Of a DNA stretch of 64,000 bases, positions 41,943 through 51,540 are shown in pieces. This DNA is from Candidatus Latescibacterota bacterium (lineage in GTDB: Bacteria > Latescibacterota > UBA2968 > GCA-2709665): positions 832,001 through 896,000 of the forward strand of contig CBDCOX010000002.1 in NCBI GenBank assembly GCA_965219995.1. Reading direction: 5' to 3'. A program made the translations under genes and the position numbers. Position 1 is the first letter of the stretch. Each line of letters starts with the position of its first letter. Under the pieces are notes generated by a model, which worked only from the letters and a program-made list of their open reading frames with translations, was not told the origin of the DNA and made no database searches.

Positions 41943-42072
41943 TTGGTGACGCTGCCGCCTCTGATTGGACGTATGTTGGTACGTGCATCAGCGCCGGGAG
42001 CATGTTCAACTTGCCGCCGGGACGCCCCGGTGCACGCATCCCCGCATGCGACGAGAGATCGGGAGGGATACG

Positions 42073-42420
42073 ATGTCTCCTGACCGTGACGAATTTCTCG
42101 AAGACGATCGGATATTGGCGCTTCTCGATGATCCGGTTGATGCCGAAGCGTTTACAAACCTGATGGAACACGCGCACCAGAGGGGCATGAGCGCTGCGGA
42201 TTTTATCCGCGAAGTACCGGAACGCACGTCCCGCAAGGCCATCAGGAGGCTGTGCCTGAAGGACAGGAAACGAACGTTGCGTGCAAGATTGTCGTCCGTC
42301 GCCAGGAATCTGTGGGCGCGCCCGGTCGAGGATCCGGAGACCGGATACATACAGACACTTTACCCGCCCCGAGACGGGCCGCCGATGCCCGGCGGAAACG
42401 GACAGAAACCCAAACCATGA
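42073..42420 (+). CDS. Hypothetical protein (115 aa)
   Basis: GGAGG RBS before ATG 42073; no recognisable motif. Confidence 0.6.
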   Translation: MSPDRDEFLEDDRILALLDDPVDAEAFTNLMEHAHQRGMSAADFIREVPERTSRKAIRRLCLKDRKRTLRARLSSVARNLWARPVEDPETGYIQTLYPPRDGPPMPGGNGQKPKP

Positions 42421-42599
42421 TGCGGGAAAAGCGACAGGCGCTGCAGGTGCATATTCACGAACTGGAAGAACTGGTCGAATCAATGCTCGCCCATGCGCGG
42501 TCCGGAAGCCAGGAGGCCAGGGAACGGCTTGTCCATGTACATCGCGAGGTGATGGATAAGCGGCATCGTCTAAAGGATCTATCCAGACAGGACGGATGA
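42417..42599 (+). CDS. Small coiled-coil hypothetical protein (60 aa)
   Basis: ATGA overlap with the previous ORF; heptad-like L/I/V pattern. Confidence 0.55.
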   Translation: MMREKRQALQVHIHELEELVESMLAHARSGSQEARERLVHVHREVMDKRHRLKDLSRQDG

Positions 42600-42699
42600 C
42601 GGTTGGGGTTGATCATGCGGAATATGGCGGGCGGGCTCCGGGATGCTTCCGGAAGTGAGGCCGCATTTTTCGCATTTTTTTTATTCTGTGCGGACTGAA

Positions 42700-43122
42700 A
42701 TGCGAGTACTTGCGGTTGACTACGGAACGAGACGCGTGGGCATGGCCGTTTCAGACGAACTCGGTGTGGCGGCGCGGGGTTTGCCGACTGTGCATGCGGC
42801 CTCACAGCGCTCAGCGGTGCTATCGGTCGCGCAGGTGGCCTCAGACGTCGGAGCAACCGCGCTGCTCGTCGGTCTGCCGCTCAACATGGACGGCAGCCGC
42901 GGGCCGATGGCTGAAGCTGCCGAAGCGTTCGCTACCGAACTGAGTCGAACGACGGAGTTGCCCGTTCGCCTCTGGGACGAGCGGCTGACCACGGTTGCCG
43001 CGCGTCGTGCGATCCGCGAGACAGGGTCGAGGCAGAGGAAGAAAGAGGGCGCGGTGGATCGAATGGCGGCGGTCCTGCTGCTGAATAACTTTCTGCAGGC
43101 GCAGGATTCAGAGATAACATGA
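42700..43122 (+). CDS. ruvX: YqgF/RuvX pre-16S rRNA nuclease
   Basis: LAVDYGTRRVGMAVSD, VGLPLNMDG, WDERLTT, VDRMAA. Confidence 0.95.
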   Translation: MRVLAVDYGTRRVGMAVSDELGVAARGLPTVHAASQRSAVLSVAQVASDVGATALLVGLPLNMDGSRGPMAEAAEAFATELSRTTELPVRLWDERLTTVAARRAIRETGSRQRKKEGAVDRMAAVLLLNNFLQAQDSEIT

Positions 43123-44213
43123 CGCAACTCAATGGGAGAGACAACGTGGTGCCGGACGGTCCGGACGGCCGCCGGTCCTGGATGTCCCACAACCGCGGAC
43201 CGGCGATCGTCCGTACAATTGTCGCGCTCACGTGCATTGGCGCCGTGGGCTTCGTGCTGCTGGTCCTGACTTTGAACCGTTCCACGGGGTGGGGCCCCGG
43301 AGACGTCGTCATTCAGAAGGGCATGTCGGTCGAACAGATCGGCGGGCTTTTGCATAAGGAGGGCGTCATCAGGAGTCCGCGGCTGTTCATACTGTTTTCC
43401 CTCGCCGACCGTAACAGCAAAAACCTCAAAGCCGGAATTCACCATTTCCCGGAAGGCATGGACACCTGGGAGATCTTGCAGGAGCTGACCGTATCCAAAG
43501 CCGAATTCCACGAAGTGACGATACCGGAAGGGAGGACACTCCTTCAGACGCTCACGCGCCTCGCGGCAACGGCAGACCTCGACGAGCGCGAGTTGAGGCG
43601 AATCGCAACCGACCCGGGGTTTTGTCGCCGGCTGGGTGTCGATGCGGACAATCTCGAGGGTTACCTCTTTCCTGAAACCTACCGGTTCTCGCTGACAATG
43701 GACGAAGAACAGGTCATCCGGATGCTGATCGGGCAGTTCTTCGCGGTCTTCAACGGGAAGCTGAAGGAGCGCGCGCAGGAAATCGGAATGTCGGTGCATG
43801 AAGTTGTCACACTGGCCTCGATTATCGAAGGCGAGGCACAACTGGATGCGGAGCGATCGACAATCTCGGCGGTGTATCACAACCGGCTCAAGCAAGGGAT
43901 GTACCTCCAGGCCGACCCCACGATTCAATACGCCATCGAAGGGGGTCCACGCAGGTTGTTTTACAGAGATTACAAGATTGACTCCCCCTACAATACCTAT
44001 CGGCACAGGGGGCTGCCGCCGGGCCCCGTGATGAATCCGGGAGCGGCGTCGCTTACGGCGGCGCTGTTCCCGGCGAACGTGGACTACCTCTATTTTGTGG
44101 CGAGAGGCGACGGATCGCACGTGTTCAGCAGGACATCCCGGGAACACGACCAGGCGAAGCACAAGACAAGGCGCGCCAGAAGACGCAATTGGAAGCCGTT
44201 AGAGACGCCCTGA
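43119..44213 (+). CDS. mltG: Endolytic transglycosylase MltG
   Basis: N-terminal TM, TIPEG, LEGYLFPETY, LASIIEGE, LQADPT, SPYNTY, GLPPGP. Confidence 0.95.
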   Translation: MTQLNGRDNVVPDGPDGRRSWMSHNRGPAIVRTIVALTCIGAVGFVLLVLTLNRSTGWGPGDVVIQKGMSVEQIGGLLHKEGVIRSPRLFILFSLADRNSKNLKAGIHHFPEGMDTWEILQELTVSKAEFHEVTIPEGRTLLQTLTRLAATADLDERELRRIATDPGFCRRLGVDADNLEGYLFPETYRFSLTMDEEQVIRMLIGQFFAVFNGKLKERAQEIGMSVHEVVTLASIIEGEAQLDAERSTISAVYHNRLKQGMYLQADPTIQYAIEGGPRRLFYRDYKIDSPYNTYRHRGLPPGPVMNPGAASLTAALFPANVDYLYFVARGDGSHVFSRTSREHDQAKHKTRRARRRNWKPLETP

Positions 44214-44230
44214 AACAGGAAAGCAAAGGT

Positions 44231-46462
44231 ATGCAAGACATTCTGGAGGGGTTGAACGAACGACAGAAAGAAGCGGTGAGCATTGTGGATCGCCCGGTGC
44301 TCGTCCTGGCGGGGGCCGGGTCCGGAAAGACGCGTGTGCTGACCCACCGTCTCGCGTACCTGATCGAAGTCTGCGGCGTGAGCCCGGGCGCAATCGTGGC
44401 CATGACGTTCACCAACAAGGCAGCGGGGGAGATGAACGGCCGCGTCGAGGAACTGTTGAACCGAAACACCCGGAGCATGTGGCTTGGGACGTTTCACTCC
44501 CTGTGCGCGCGCATTTTGAGGCGGGAGTCCGGGGCGGCCGGCCTCGACGCCGATTTCTCCATCTACGATGCCGACGATCAGCTTGCGCTGATGCGGCAGG
44601 TGCTCCGGGATCAGGAGATCTCGGAGCGGCAGTTCCCCCCACGGCAGGTTCGGGCGCGCATCAGTTCCGAGAAAAGCCGGATGGTCGATCCGGTCGGTTT
44701 TGCGAAGCGTGCCGGCACCTATTACGAACAGCAGGTCGCCCGGATATATCGGCAGTACCAATCGGCCCTGCAACGGAACAATGCAGTAGATTTCGACGAC
44801 CTGCTTATGCTGACCGTACAGGCTTTCAGTGAATGTCCCGAGGTTCTGGCGAGGTACCGGGAACGGTTCGCGCACGTTTTGATCGACGAGTACCAGGACA
44901 CGAACCGCCCCCAATACCTTTTTGCGCGTCTGCTGGCAGAAGAACACGGCCGCATCTTCGTGGTCGGGGACGACGACCAGAGCATTTACGCGTGGCGCGG
45001 CGCGGACCTGGGAAATATCCTGAATTTCGAAAGGGATTTTCCCGATGCCTGCGTCATCCGTCTCGAACAGAACTATCGGTCGTCACAGGTGATTCTCGAC
45101 GCGGGAAACGCGGTGATCCGCAACAACCTCGGGCGTAAGGGAAAAGAGCTCTGGACGAATCGGGATCGGGGGGAACCCATTCAGTTGTTCCGATGTTCGG
45201 ATGAAGTGGATGAGGCCCAGCGGATCGCTCGTGAATTGAAACGCCTCCGGGCGTCGTATTCGTACGGACAGATTGCCGTGTTGTACCGTACGAACGCACA
45301 GTCCCGCGCGCTGGAAGACGGACTGCGGTTCCAGGCGATCCCGTATGTGATTGTGGGAGGCGTCAGATTTTACGAAAGAATGGAAGTCAAGGACATTCTG
45401 GCTTACCTGAGGCTGATCGTGAATCCCGGTGACTCAATCAGCCTGTACCGGATTGTCAATACGCCTCGACGCGGCATCGGGAAGACGTCACTCGCCAGGT
45501 TGGAATCCTATGCGGCAGGGAACGGAATCGCGCCGTTTGAGGCAATGTCCCGAGCCGCGGACATAGACGGGCTTACGGGCCGCGCGAAGAAAGCGATGGG
45601 TGGATTCTACGGGATGATGGAAGGATTCCGGCGCCGGGCGGAGGATGAACCGGCCCATATGCTGGCAGCGCGCGTCGTACAGGAAACCGGTTATCTGCAG
45701 ACACTCGAGGATCTGACGCCGGCCGAGACCGTCACCCGCTCGGAGAATGTGCAGGAACTGCTGGCGGCCATCGAGGATTTCGTACACAGGTCCGACCCGC
45801 CGACGTTGTCGGCTTTCTTGCGGGAAGTCGCACTGATCACCGACGTGGACCAGTGGCGTGAGGAAGCCGACGCCGTCACGTTGATGACGTTGCACAGCGC
45901 GAAGGGCCTGGAGTTTCCCGCTGTTTTCATTGCGGGTCTGGAAGAGGGCCTGTTCCCTATCCTCAGGGATCAGGACGATCCGGCTGCCGAAGAGGCGGCC
46001 GTGGAGGAAGAGCGGCGGTTGTTCTACGTCGGGGTGACGCGGGCGCAGGATCTGCTCCACCTGACCCATGCCGCGCAGCGCAGGCGGTACGGTGGCGCAA
46101 CGGTCAATGCCGAATCCAGATTCCTGCGGGAGATTCCGGATGGTCTGATCGTGCGCGCGGGCGCACTCCGTGAAGAATTACCGATAACGGAACCGCGAAA
46201 ACGGCCGAACGTCGTCGGCCCGATCCCCAGGGAAGCGGTCGCCGCTCGAGAGGATCCTCCAACGTCTGCGCCGATGGATGAATCGAATGACGGCGAACCG
46301 TTCCCTCTGGAAGCGGGTACCGCCGTTATCCATCCAAAACTGGGACGGGGGCGGGTCCTGGGTCGGACCGGAAGCGGTCCTGATACGAAACTCACGGTAT
46401 CCTTTCAGAACGGTTCCACGAAAAAGCTCGTTGTCCGTTTTGCCCGTCTTCGGCCGGGATGA
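44231..46462 (+). CDS. pcrA: UvrD/PcrA DNA helicase
   Basis: AGAGSGKT, TFTNKAA, DEYQD, GDDDQSIY, LEQNYRS, HSAKGLEF, EERRLFYVGVTRA. Confidence 0.96.
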   Translation: MQDILEGLNERQKEAVSIVDRPVLVLAGAGSGKTRVLTHRLAYLIEVCGVSPGAIVAMTFTNKAAGEMNGRVEELLNRNTRSMWLGTFHSLCARILRRESGAAGLDADFSIYDADDQLALMRQVLRDQEISERQFPPRQVRARISSEKSRMVDPVGFAKRAGTYYEQQVARIYRQYQSALQRNNAVDFDDLLMLTVQAFSECPEVLARYRERFAHVLIDEYQDTNRPQYLFARLLAEEHGRIFVVGDDDQSIYAWRGADLGNILNFERDFPDACVIRLEQNYRSSQVILDAGNAVIRNNLGRKGKELWTNRDRGEPIQLFRCSDEVDEAQRIARELKRLRASYSYGQIAVLYRTNAQSRALEDGLRFQAIPYVIVGGVRFYERMEVKDILAYLRLIVNPGDSISLYRIVNTPRRGIGKTSLARLESYAAGNGIAPFEAMSRAADIDGLTGRAKKAMGGFYGMMEGFRRRAEDEPAHMLAARVVQETGYLQTLEDLTPAETVTRSENVQELLAAIEDFVHRSDPPTLSAFLREVALITDVDQWREEADAVTLMTLHSAKGLEFPAVFIAGLEEGLFPILRDQDDPAAEEAAVEEERRLFYVGVTRAQDLLHLTHAAQRRRYGGATVNAESRFLREIPDGLIVRAGALREELPITEPRKRPNVVGPIPREAVAAREDPPTSAPMDESNDGEPFPLEAGTAVIHPKLGRGRVLGRTGSGPDTKLTVSFQNGSTKKLVVRFARLRPG

Positions 46463-46594
46463 TCCGAAGCCGGACGAACATCCGGCTGTCCGTCTTCGTC
46501 GCCAGAATCCTCTTGATTTCGAGGTGAATTTGCCACATATTACAATCGCGGTGAAGACGAGATATAGTGCCAATCCATTCCCATGGGTTTGTTG

Positions 46595-46882
46595 ATGTCG
46601 GTTACGCTGGAAGACGTACGAAAGGTGGCGCAACTTGCACGGCTGAGGTTCGACAGGGAAGAGGAAGAACGGCTGGTTGTCGACCTGAATCAGATGCTGG
46701 ACTATGCGACCGCCCTCGAAAACCTGGATACGTGCGGCGTTTCGCCCACGTCGCACGTACTGCCTGTATACAACGTGTTTCGCGAGGATACGCCCGTTCC
46801 CTGTCTTTCACAGACGGAAGCCCTGTCGAATGCGCCCAGTTCCGGCCACGGCCATTTCAGGGTTCCCAAAGTTATCGAATGA
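46595..46882 (+). CDS. gatC: Asp/Glu-tRNA amidotransferase subunit C
   Basis: VAQLARL, LDT..V.PT, NVFRED, NAP, FRVPKVI. Confidence 0.94.
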   Translation: MSVTLEDVRKVAQLARLRFDREEEERLVVDLNQMLDYATALENLDTCGVSPTSHVLPVYNVFREDTPVPCLSQTEALSNAPSSGHGHFRVPKVIE

Positions 46883-46939
46883 CTCCCGGCGGTGGTTTTA
46901 TCAACACCGCCGTTCTTTGTTGTATGCGTGGAGGAGCGG

Positions 46940-48727
46940 ATGGCCAAGCGGAGTGATTACTACGGCCCCAAATACATCGTCGTCGCCGGCGGTGTGATGA
47001 GCGGTGTGGGCAAGGGCCTTGCCACGGCGTCCATCGGCAAAATCCTGCAGCAGCACGGATACAAGGCGACAGCGATAAAGATCGATCCGTATCTCAACTA
47101 CGACGCCGGCACCCTGCGTCCGACCGAACACGGAGAAGTGTGGGTCACGGACGACGGCGGCGAGATCGACCTGGACCTCGGGAACTACGAGAGATTCCTG
47201 GGACTCGATCTTCCCAGGACGAACAACCTGACCACGGGCCAGATCTACCATACCGTCATCGAGCGGGAACGCCGCGGAGAGTATCTGGGCAAGACCGTTC
47301 AGCCGATACCCCACATCACCGACGAGATCAAGCAGCGAATCACCGACTCGGCAGACGGGTTCGACATTGCGCTGGTTGAAATCGGTGGCACAATTGGCGA
47401 CGACGAGAATCGGCCCTTCCTGTTTGCAATGAAAAGCCTCGAACGGGAGGTAGGCGAGGAAAACGTCATCTACGTGCTGGTTACGTATCTTCCGGTGCCC
47501 GGTCACGTGGGGGAAATGAAAACCAAGCCCACTCAGCATGCGATCCGGTCCTTGAGCGAAAACGGAATATTCGCGGACTTCATCATCTGCCGCGCGGTTG
47601 AGGCGCTCGATGACGTGAGGAAGCGAAAAATCGAGGTTTCGGCGAATATCTCGGCGGACCGGATTATCTCCGCACCCGACGTGGACAGCATCTACCAGGT
47701 TCCGCTGGAATATGAAAAAGACCGGCTGGGCGAGAAAATCCTGGATGAGTTCGGTCTGGCTCCCAAGAAGGCCCCCGACTGGGAGCGATGGTGTGAGTTG
47801 CTGGAGATGATTCGCGTACCGAGGGAACGGGTGCGCGTGGCGATGGTAGGCAAATATGTCGGAATAGGGGATTATGAATTTCAGGATTCCTATATCTCCG
47901 TCAACCAATCCCTGGAACACGCGGGCGCACTGCTCGACACCAAGGTGGAAATCGACTGGATAGATTCCAACCGCCTGGAACACCACGACGTCGGCGAAGT
48001 GCTCGCCGGATATCATGGTATTATTGTGCCCGGAGCGTTTGGAGAAGGCGGCGCCGAAGGCGCCATCAACGCCGTCCGTTACGCCAGGGAAAACGAGGTG
48101 CCCTTCCTGGGGCTGTGTTACGGCCTGCAGATGGTCGTGGTGGAATACGCGCGCCACGTGGCCGGATTGAGCGATGCGAATTCCGCCGAAATGGATCCCG
48201 ATTCGCCGCACGCAGTCATCGACATTCAGTATGCGCAGCGGCAGATCATCGAAGAAAACCGGTACGGAGGCACCATGAGGCTGGGAGGATACGCGGCCGT
48301 ATTGCGACGGGAATCCCGGGTGCTGGACCTCTACGAGCGAACGGGAAGGCTGGAGGAGGACTCATGGCGGATCCGACAACTGCGGGAGCGCCCCGATCAG
48401 ATGTTCCGGTGCGGTGTGATTCTTCCCAGCGAGAATGCGGTGGTTGAGCGGCATCGGCACCGGTATGAAGTCGCACCGAAATACGTGGACCTGCTCGAGG
48501 AATACGGGCTGTTCTTTTCGGGTTTCCACCGGAGGGAGGATGGCACCAAGCTGATGGAGTTCGCGGAACTGCACGATCATCCGTTCTTTGTCTCAACCCA
48601 GGCGCATCCCGAGTTCAAGTCCCGTCTGGAACGCCCTGCGCCGCTGTTTTATGGACTGATCAACGCGTGCATCCGCTATTCCGGTACGGGCCGGGAGGAA
48701 TCCGTGCAAATCGAGATAGAGACGTGA
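46940..48727 (+). CDS. pyrG: CTP synthase (divergent type)
   Basis: GGVMSGVGKG, KIDPY, HGEV, KTKPTQ, GLCYG nucleophile, RHRHRYE, QAHPEF. Confidence 0.96.
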   Translation: MAKRSDYYGPKYIVVAGGVMSGVGKGLATASIGKILQQHGYKATAIKIDPYLNYDAGTLRPTEHGEVWVTDDGGEIDLDLGNYERFLGLDLPRTNNLTTGQIYHTVIERERRGEYLGKTVQPIPHITDEIKQRITDSADGFDIALVEIGGTIGDDENRPFLFAMKSLEREVGEENVIYVLVTYLPVPGHVGEMKTKPTQHAIRSLSENGIFADFIICRAVEALDDVRKRKIEVSANISADRIISAPDVDSIYQVPLEYEKDRLGEKILDEFGLAPKKAPDWERWCELLEMIRVPRERVRVAMVGKYVGIGDYEFQDSYISVNQSLEHAGALLDTKVEIDWIDSNRLEHHDVGEVLAGYHGIIVPGAFGEGGAEGAINAVRYARENEVPFLGLCYGLQMVVVEYARHVAGLSDANSAEMDPDSPHAVIDIQYAQRQIIEENRYGGTMRLGGYAAVLRRESRVLDLYERTGRLEEDSWRIRQLRERPDQMFRCGVILPSENAVVERHRHRYEVAPKYVDLLEEYGLFFSGFHRREDGTKLMEFAELHDHPFFVSTQAHPEFKSRLERPAPLFYGLINACIRYSGTGREESVQIEIET

Positions 48728-49281
48728 AATCCGGCCGGAGGTCCCCGGTCCCACTCGGGATTTGCCTGATCTTCGCTTTGATATCGTGCTGTTCGCCGCC
48801 TACCCGGCATTCATCATCACATGAAATATCCAAACCACCGGATCAGGAGGCCTGGGGATGGAACACGGTGGTCACCCGAAACGGCAGAAAACGCGCCGAG
48901 GTGGCAGCCGGTCATTTCCGGAAATATGATCGCACGTTAACGGCCCTCCTCGACAGCGGGGTGGCGGTTTCATTTTACGACGGGTCCGGGCGAAACAAAG
49001 TATCGGAATTAACCGCACTGGAGGCGGAGATTCACGAAGCGACCGGTGAATTGGTGGCCATGGGCCAGGTCGCCGTGGTCGCCAGTAACGGAACCACACT
49101 GGAAACCGAAACGCTGCGCTGGAACCGCGAAACAGATCGAATCAACGGAAACGGGAGGATGACCCTCACGCGTCCTGACGGCGAAGAGACCGGGGTTGGA
49201 TTCGAGGCGTCATCCGATCTGACATGGTGGAAGATGCACCAGGTCTCTACGCGCCTGAGCGGTTCAGATTCCCTCCGGTAG
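48724..49281 (+). CDS. lptC: LPS export protein LptC
   Basis: GTGA overlap with pyrG; N-terminal anchor; LETETLRW and TGVGFEA motifs; position before lptA-lptB. Confidence 0.8.
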   Translation: MKSGRRSPVPLGICLIFALISCCSPPTRHSSSHEISKPPDQEAWGWNTVVTRNGRKRAEVAAGHFRKYDRTLTALLDSGVAVSFYDGSGRNKVSELTALEAEIHEATGELVAMGQVAVVASNGTTLETETLRWNRETDRINGNGRMTLTRPDGEETGVGFEASSDLTWWKMHQVSTRLSGSDSLR

Positions 49282-49323
49282 CTGTTCGTCCATCCGCTCA
49301 TCGTCCCCGTCCCTTCCCTCTTT

Positions 49324-50646
49324 ATGCGCTTCTCCGGTCTTTTTTTGGTTTTCCTCGCCACGGCCTTCCCTGCACACGCGACAGAGCTGATTCGTGCCGA
49401 CCGCAGTGAAACCGTTCTGCGTGATTCCGGCGTTTTGCGGATTGAAGCGGGCAATGTGTCGTATCGGCAAACGGAACGGCTGCTCAGCGTCAATGCAGAT
49501 TCCGCGCGTCTGTGGATTCCGGGCGAGGGGTTGTCGGAAGCGAAATTTTTCGGTCGGGTCGTTTACCGGGATTCGGCAAGACAGCTGGACGCCGACAACC
49601 TGACGTACCTTCCCCGCACGGAGGTGGGGACCTTTTCCGGTAAGGTGCGAGTCACCGAAAATGACCGCCTCCTGACGGCACGGAGGGTGGCATACCACAA
49701 GAATGAGCACCGGTTGGATGCCGACGGCGGGGTGACGTTGAGTTACGGCCGGCAGGGTATCTTTCTGCGTGCACCGGAAATGACGTATCATGTGTTGCCG
49801 GATTCGGGTTCAGGCACCGGTGGCGTTCAAGCCGTACGTGTGCCGGAACCATCGGGTGATTCGCTTACGGTCCGGTCGGATTCGATGGTCTTCGCCAACC
49901 GTGGTGATCGCATCGAGTTCCGGGGCCGGGTCCGTATGAAACACGCCGGAATGGTGGCGGGTGCGCCTCTCGGCCGCTTTTCCCGGGGGGCGGACCGGCT
50001 GGAACTGGACGGAGGGACATCCGCTGTCTGGATTCAGCACGATGAAGCTCGGGCCGATTCGGTGACATTGAACGCCGAAAGGATGCAGGTTCACGGCGCT
50101 GGCGGGAGTACGCTGGATGAAATTGTACTTGTCGGCGACTCCCGGCTGTGGATGGAATCCGCACTACCGGAGCCTGACAGATCGCAAACGGTCAACGGAG
50201 ACTCTGTTGTGCTGGGCATGGCACGGGGGAGGATCGTTACTGTAGATGCATCGGGCGATGCGTCAGCAATGGTGACCGCGCGGAACGGCGCCACCGTGGA
50301 CCTCAAGGGTCAACAGATATCCTTGAACTTTCTGAATGGGGATCTCGACAGCCTGACGGTTCAGGGGATCGGCAATGGCGCCTACGTCTCATCAGACAGC
50401 GCAACCGTAAGTCGGATTTCCGGCGGCACGATCGCGTTCGGTTTCGACCAGGGCGCCGTACGTTACGTCGCGGTCATTGAATCCGCCCGATGTACGCACC
50501 GTTCGGAGACCGACAAAACCGGAGACATCCAGCTCTCGGGAGATCGTGTGGACCTGGTCTTCAGTGGCGACCGGCTTACCGATGTTCGGGCCGAAGGCGG
50601 GGTTCGTGGCCGATACAAGCCGGTTGAAACCGGAGAAGCGCCGTGA
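49324..50646 (+). CDS. lptA: Long LptA/OstA-like beta-jellyroll protein
   Basis: Signal peptide, repeated ADS/GxV beta motifs, location between lptC and lptB. Confidence 0.75.
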   Translation: MRFSGLFLVFLATAFPAHATELIRADRSETVLRDSGVLRIEAGNVSYRQTERLLSVNADSARLWIPGEGLSEAKFFGRVVYRDSARQLDADNLTYLPRTEVGTFSGKVRVTENDRLLTARRVAYHKNEHRLDADGGVTLSYGRQGIFLRAPEMTYHVLPDSGSGTGGVQAVRVPEPSGDSLTVRSDSMVFANRGDRIEFRGRVRMKHAGMVAGAPLGRFSRGADRLELDGGTSAVWIQHDEARADSVTLNAERMQVHGAGGSTLDEIVLVGDSRLWMESALPEPDRSQTVNGDSVVLGMARGRIVTVDASGDASAMVTARNGATVDLKGQQISLNFLNGDLDSLTVQGIGNGAYVSSDSATVSRISGGTIAFGFDQGAVRYVAVIESARCTHRSETDKTGDIQLSGDRVDLVFSGDRLTDVRAEGGVRGRYKPVETGEAP

Positions 50647-51365
50647 TTCTGAAGGCCCGGAACCTGGTAAAGTCGTACCAGCGCCAGCGGGTTGTCGACG
50701 GCGTCGGCCTCGAGGTGAATCCCGGTGAGGTCGTGGGTCTTCTGGGCCCGAATGGGGCGGGAAAAACCACTACCTTTCATCTGATTGTGGGGCTGATTCC
50801 GTGCAACCAGGGGGAAATCTTCCTCGGCAACGAGGAAATAACCGGCCTGCCGATGTACATCAGGGCGCGAAAGGGCATCGGTTATCTCGCTCAGGAACCC
50901 TCTGTCTTTCGAAGACTCTCCGTGAGACTGAACATTCTTGCGGTGCTGGAAACACTTCACCTGACGCACGCAGAACAGGAATGCCGGCTCGAAGAACTTC
51001 TGCAGGAACTTGGACTCTCCGGTCTCGCTGATCGCAGGGCGGACCGGCTCTCGGGCGGCGAAGCCCGCAGATTGGAGATTACCCGCGCTCTGGCCAGGCG
51101 TCCCAGGTTCCTGCTGCTGGATGAACCGTTTGCGGGAATCGATCCGAAGGCGGTCGAAGATATCCAGGCGATCATCCAGACACTGAAGAAACGTCGCATC
51201 GGACTTCTGATTACCGATCACAATGTACGCGAAACCCTGGCGATCACCGACAGGTCTTATATACTCTCCAGCGGCAGGATTCTGACCTCCGGCAGCCCGG
51301 TCGCACTGGCAGAAAATCCGGAAGTGCGGCGCGTATACCTCGGGGACAGGTTCCGATTGGACTGA
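50643..51365 (+). CDS. lptB: LPS export ABC ATPase LptB
   Basis: [48 protein letters not shown]. Confidence 0.96.
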   Translation: MILKARNLVKSYQRQRVVDGVGLEVNPGEVVGLLGPNGAGKTTTFHLIVGLIPCNQGEIFLGNEEITGLPMYIRARKGIGYLAQEPSVFRRLSVRLNILAVLETLHLTHAEQECRLEELLQELGLSGLADRRADRLSGGEARRLEITRALARRPRFLLLDEPFAGIDPKAVEDIQAIIQTLKKRRIGLLITDHNVRETLAITDRSYILSSGRILTSGSPVALAENPEVRRVYLGDRFRLD

Positions 51366-51378
51366 CAGAAAAATGGGA

Positions 51379-51407
51379 TTGTCAGGCGATCCTGTTTTCC
51401 TTATAAT
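51379..51407 (+). promoter_or_regulatory. sigma70 promoter of rpoN
   Basis: TTGTCA-N17-TATAAT, ~135 bp upstream of the ATG. Confidence 0.75.
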
Positions 51408-51540
51408 TTCCTCACGCAGCCAACGGGCTCCGGATCGAACGTCGACCAGGTTGATCGGCCGGATCACGCGAGTGTCGCAATTCGCAACACTTTGATAATA
51501 CAGATTTTAAACGTATTTTCGTCAGTGACCCTGGACGCCT

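Noticed and set aside
46595-46882. gatC without gatA/gatB as an anomaly
   Set aside because: Split gatCAB arrangements are common in many phyla
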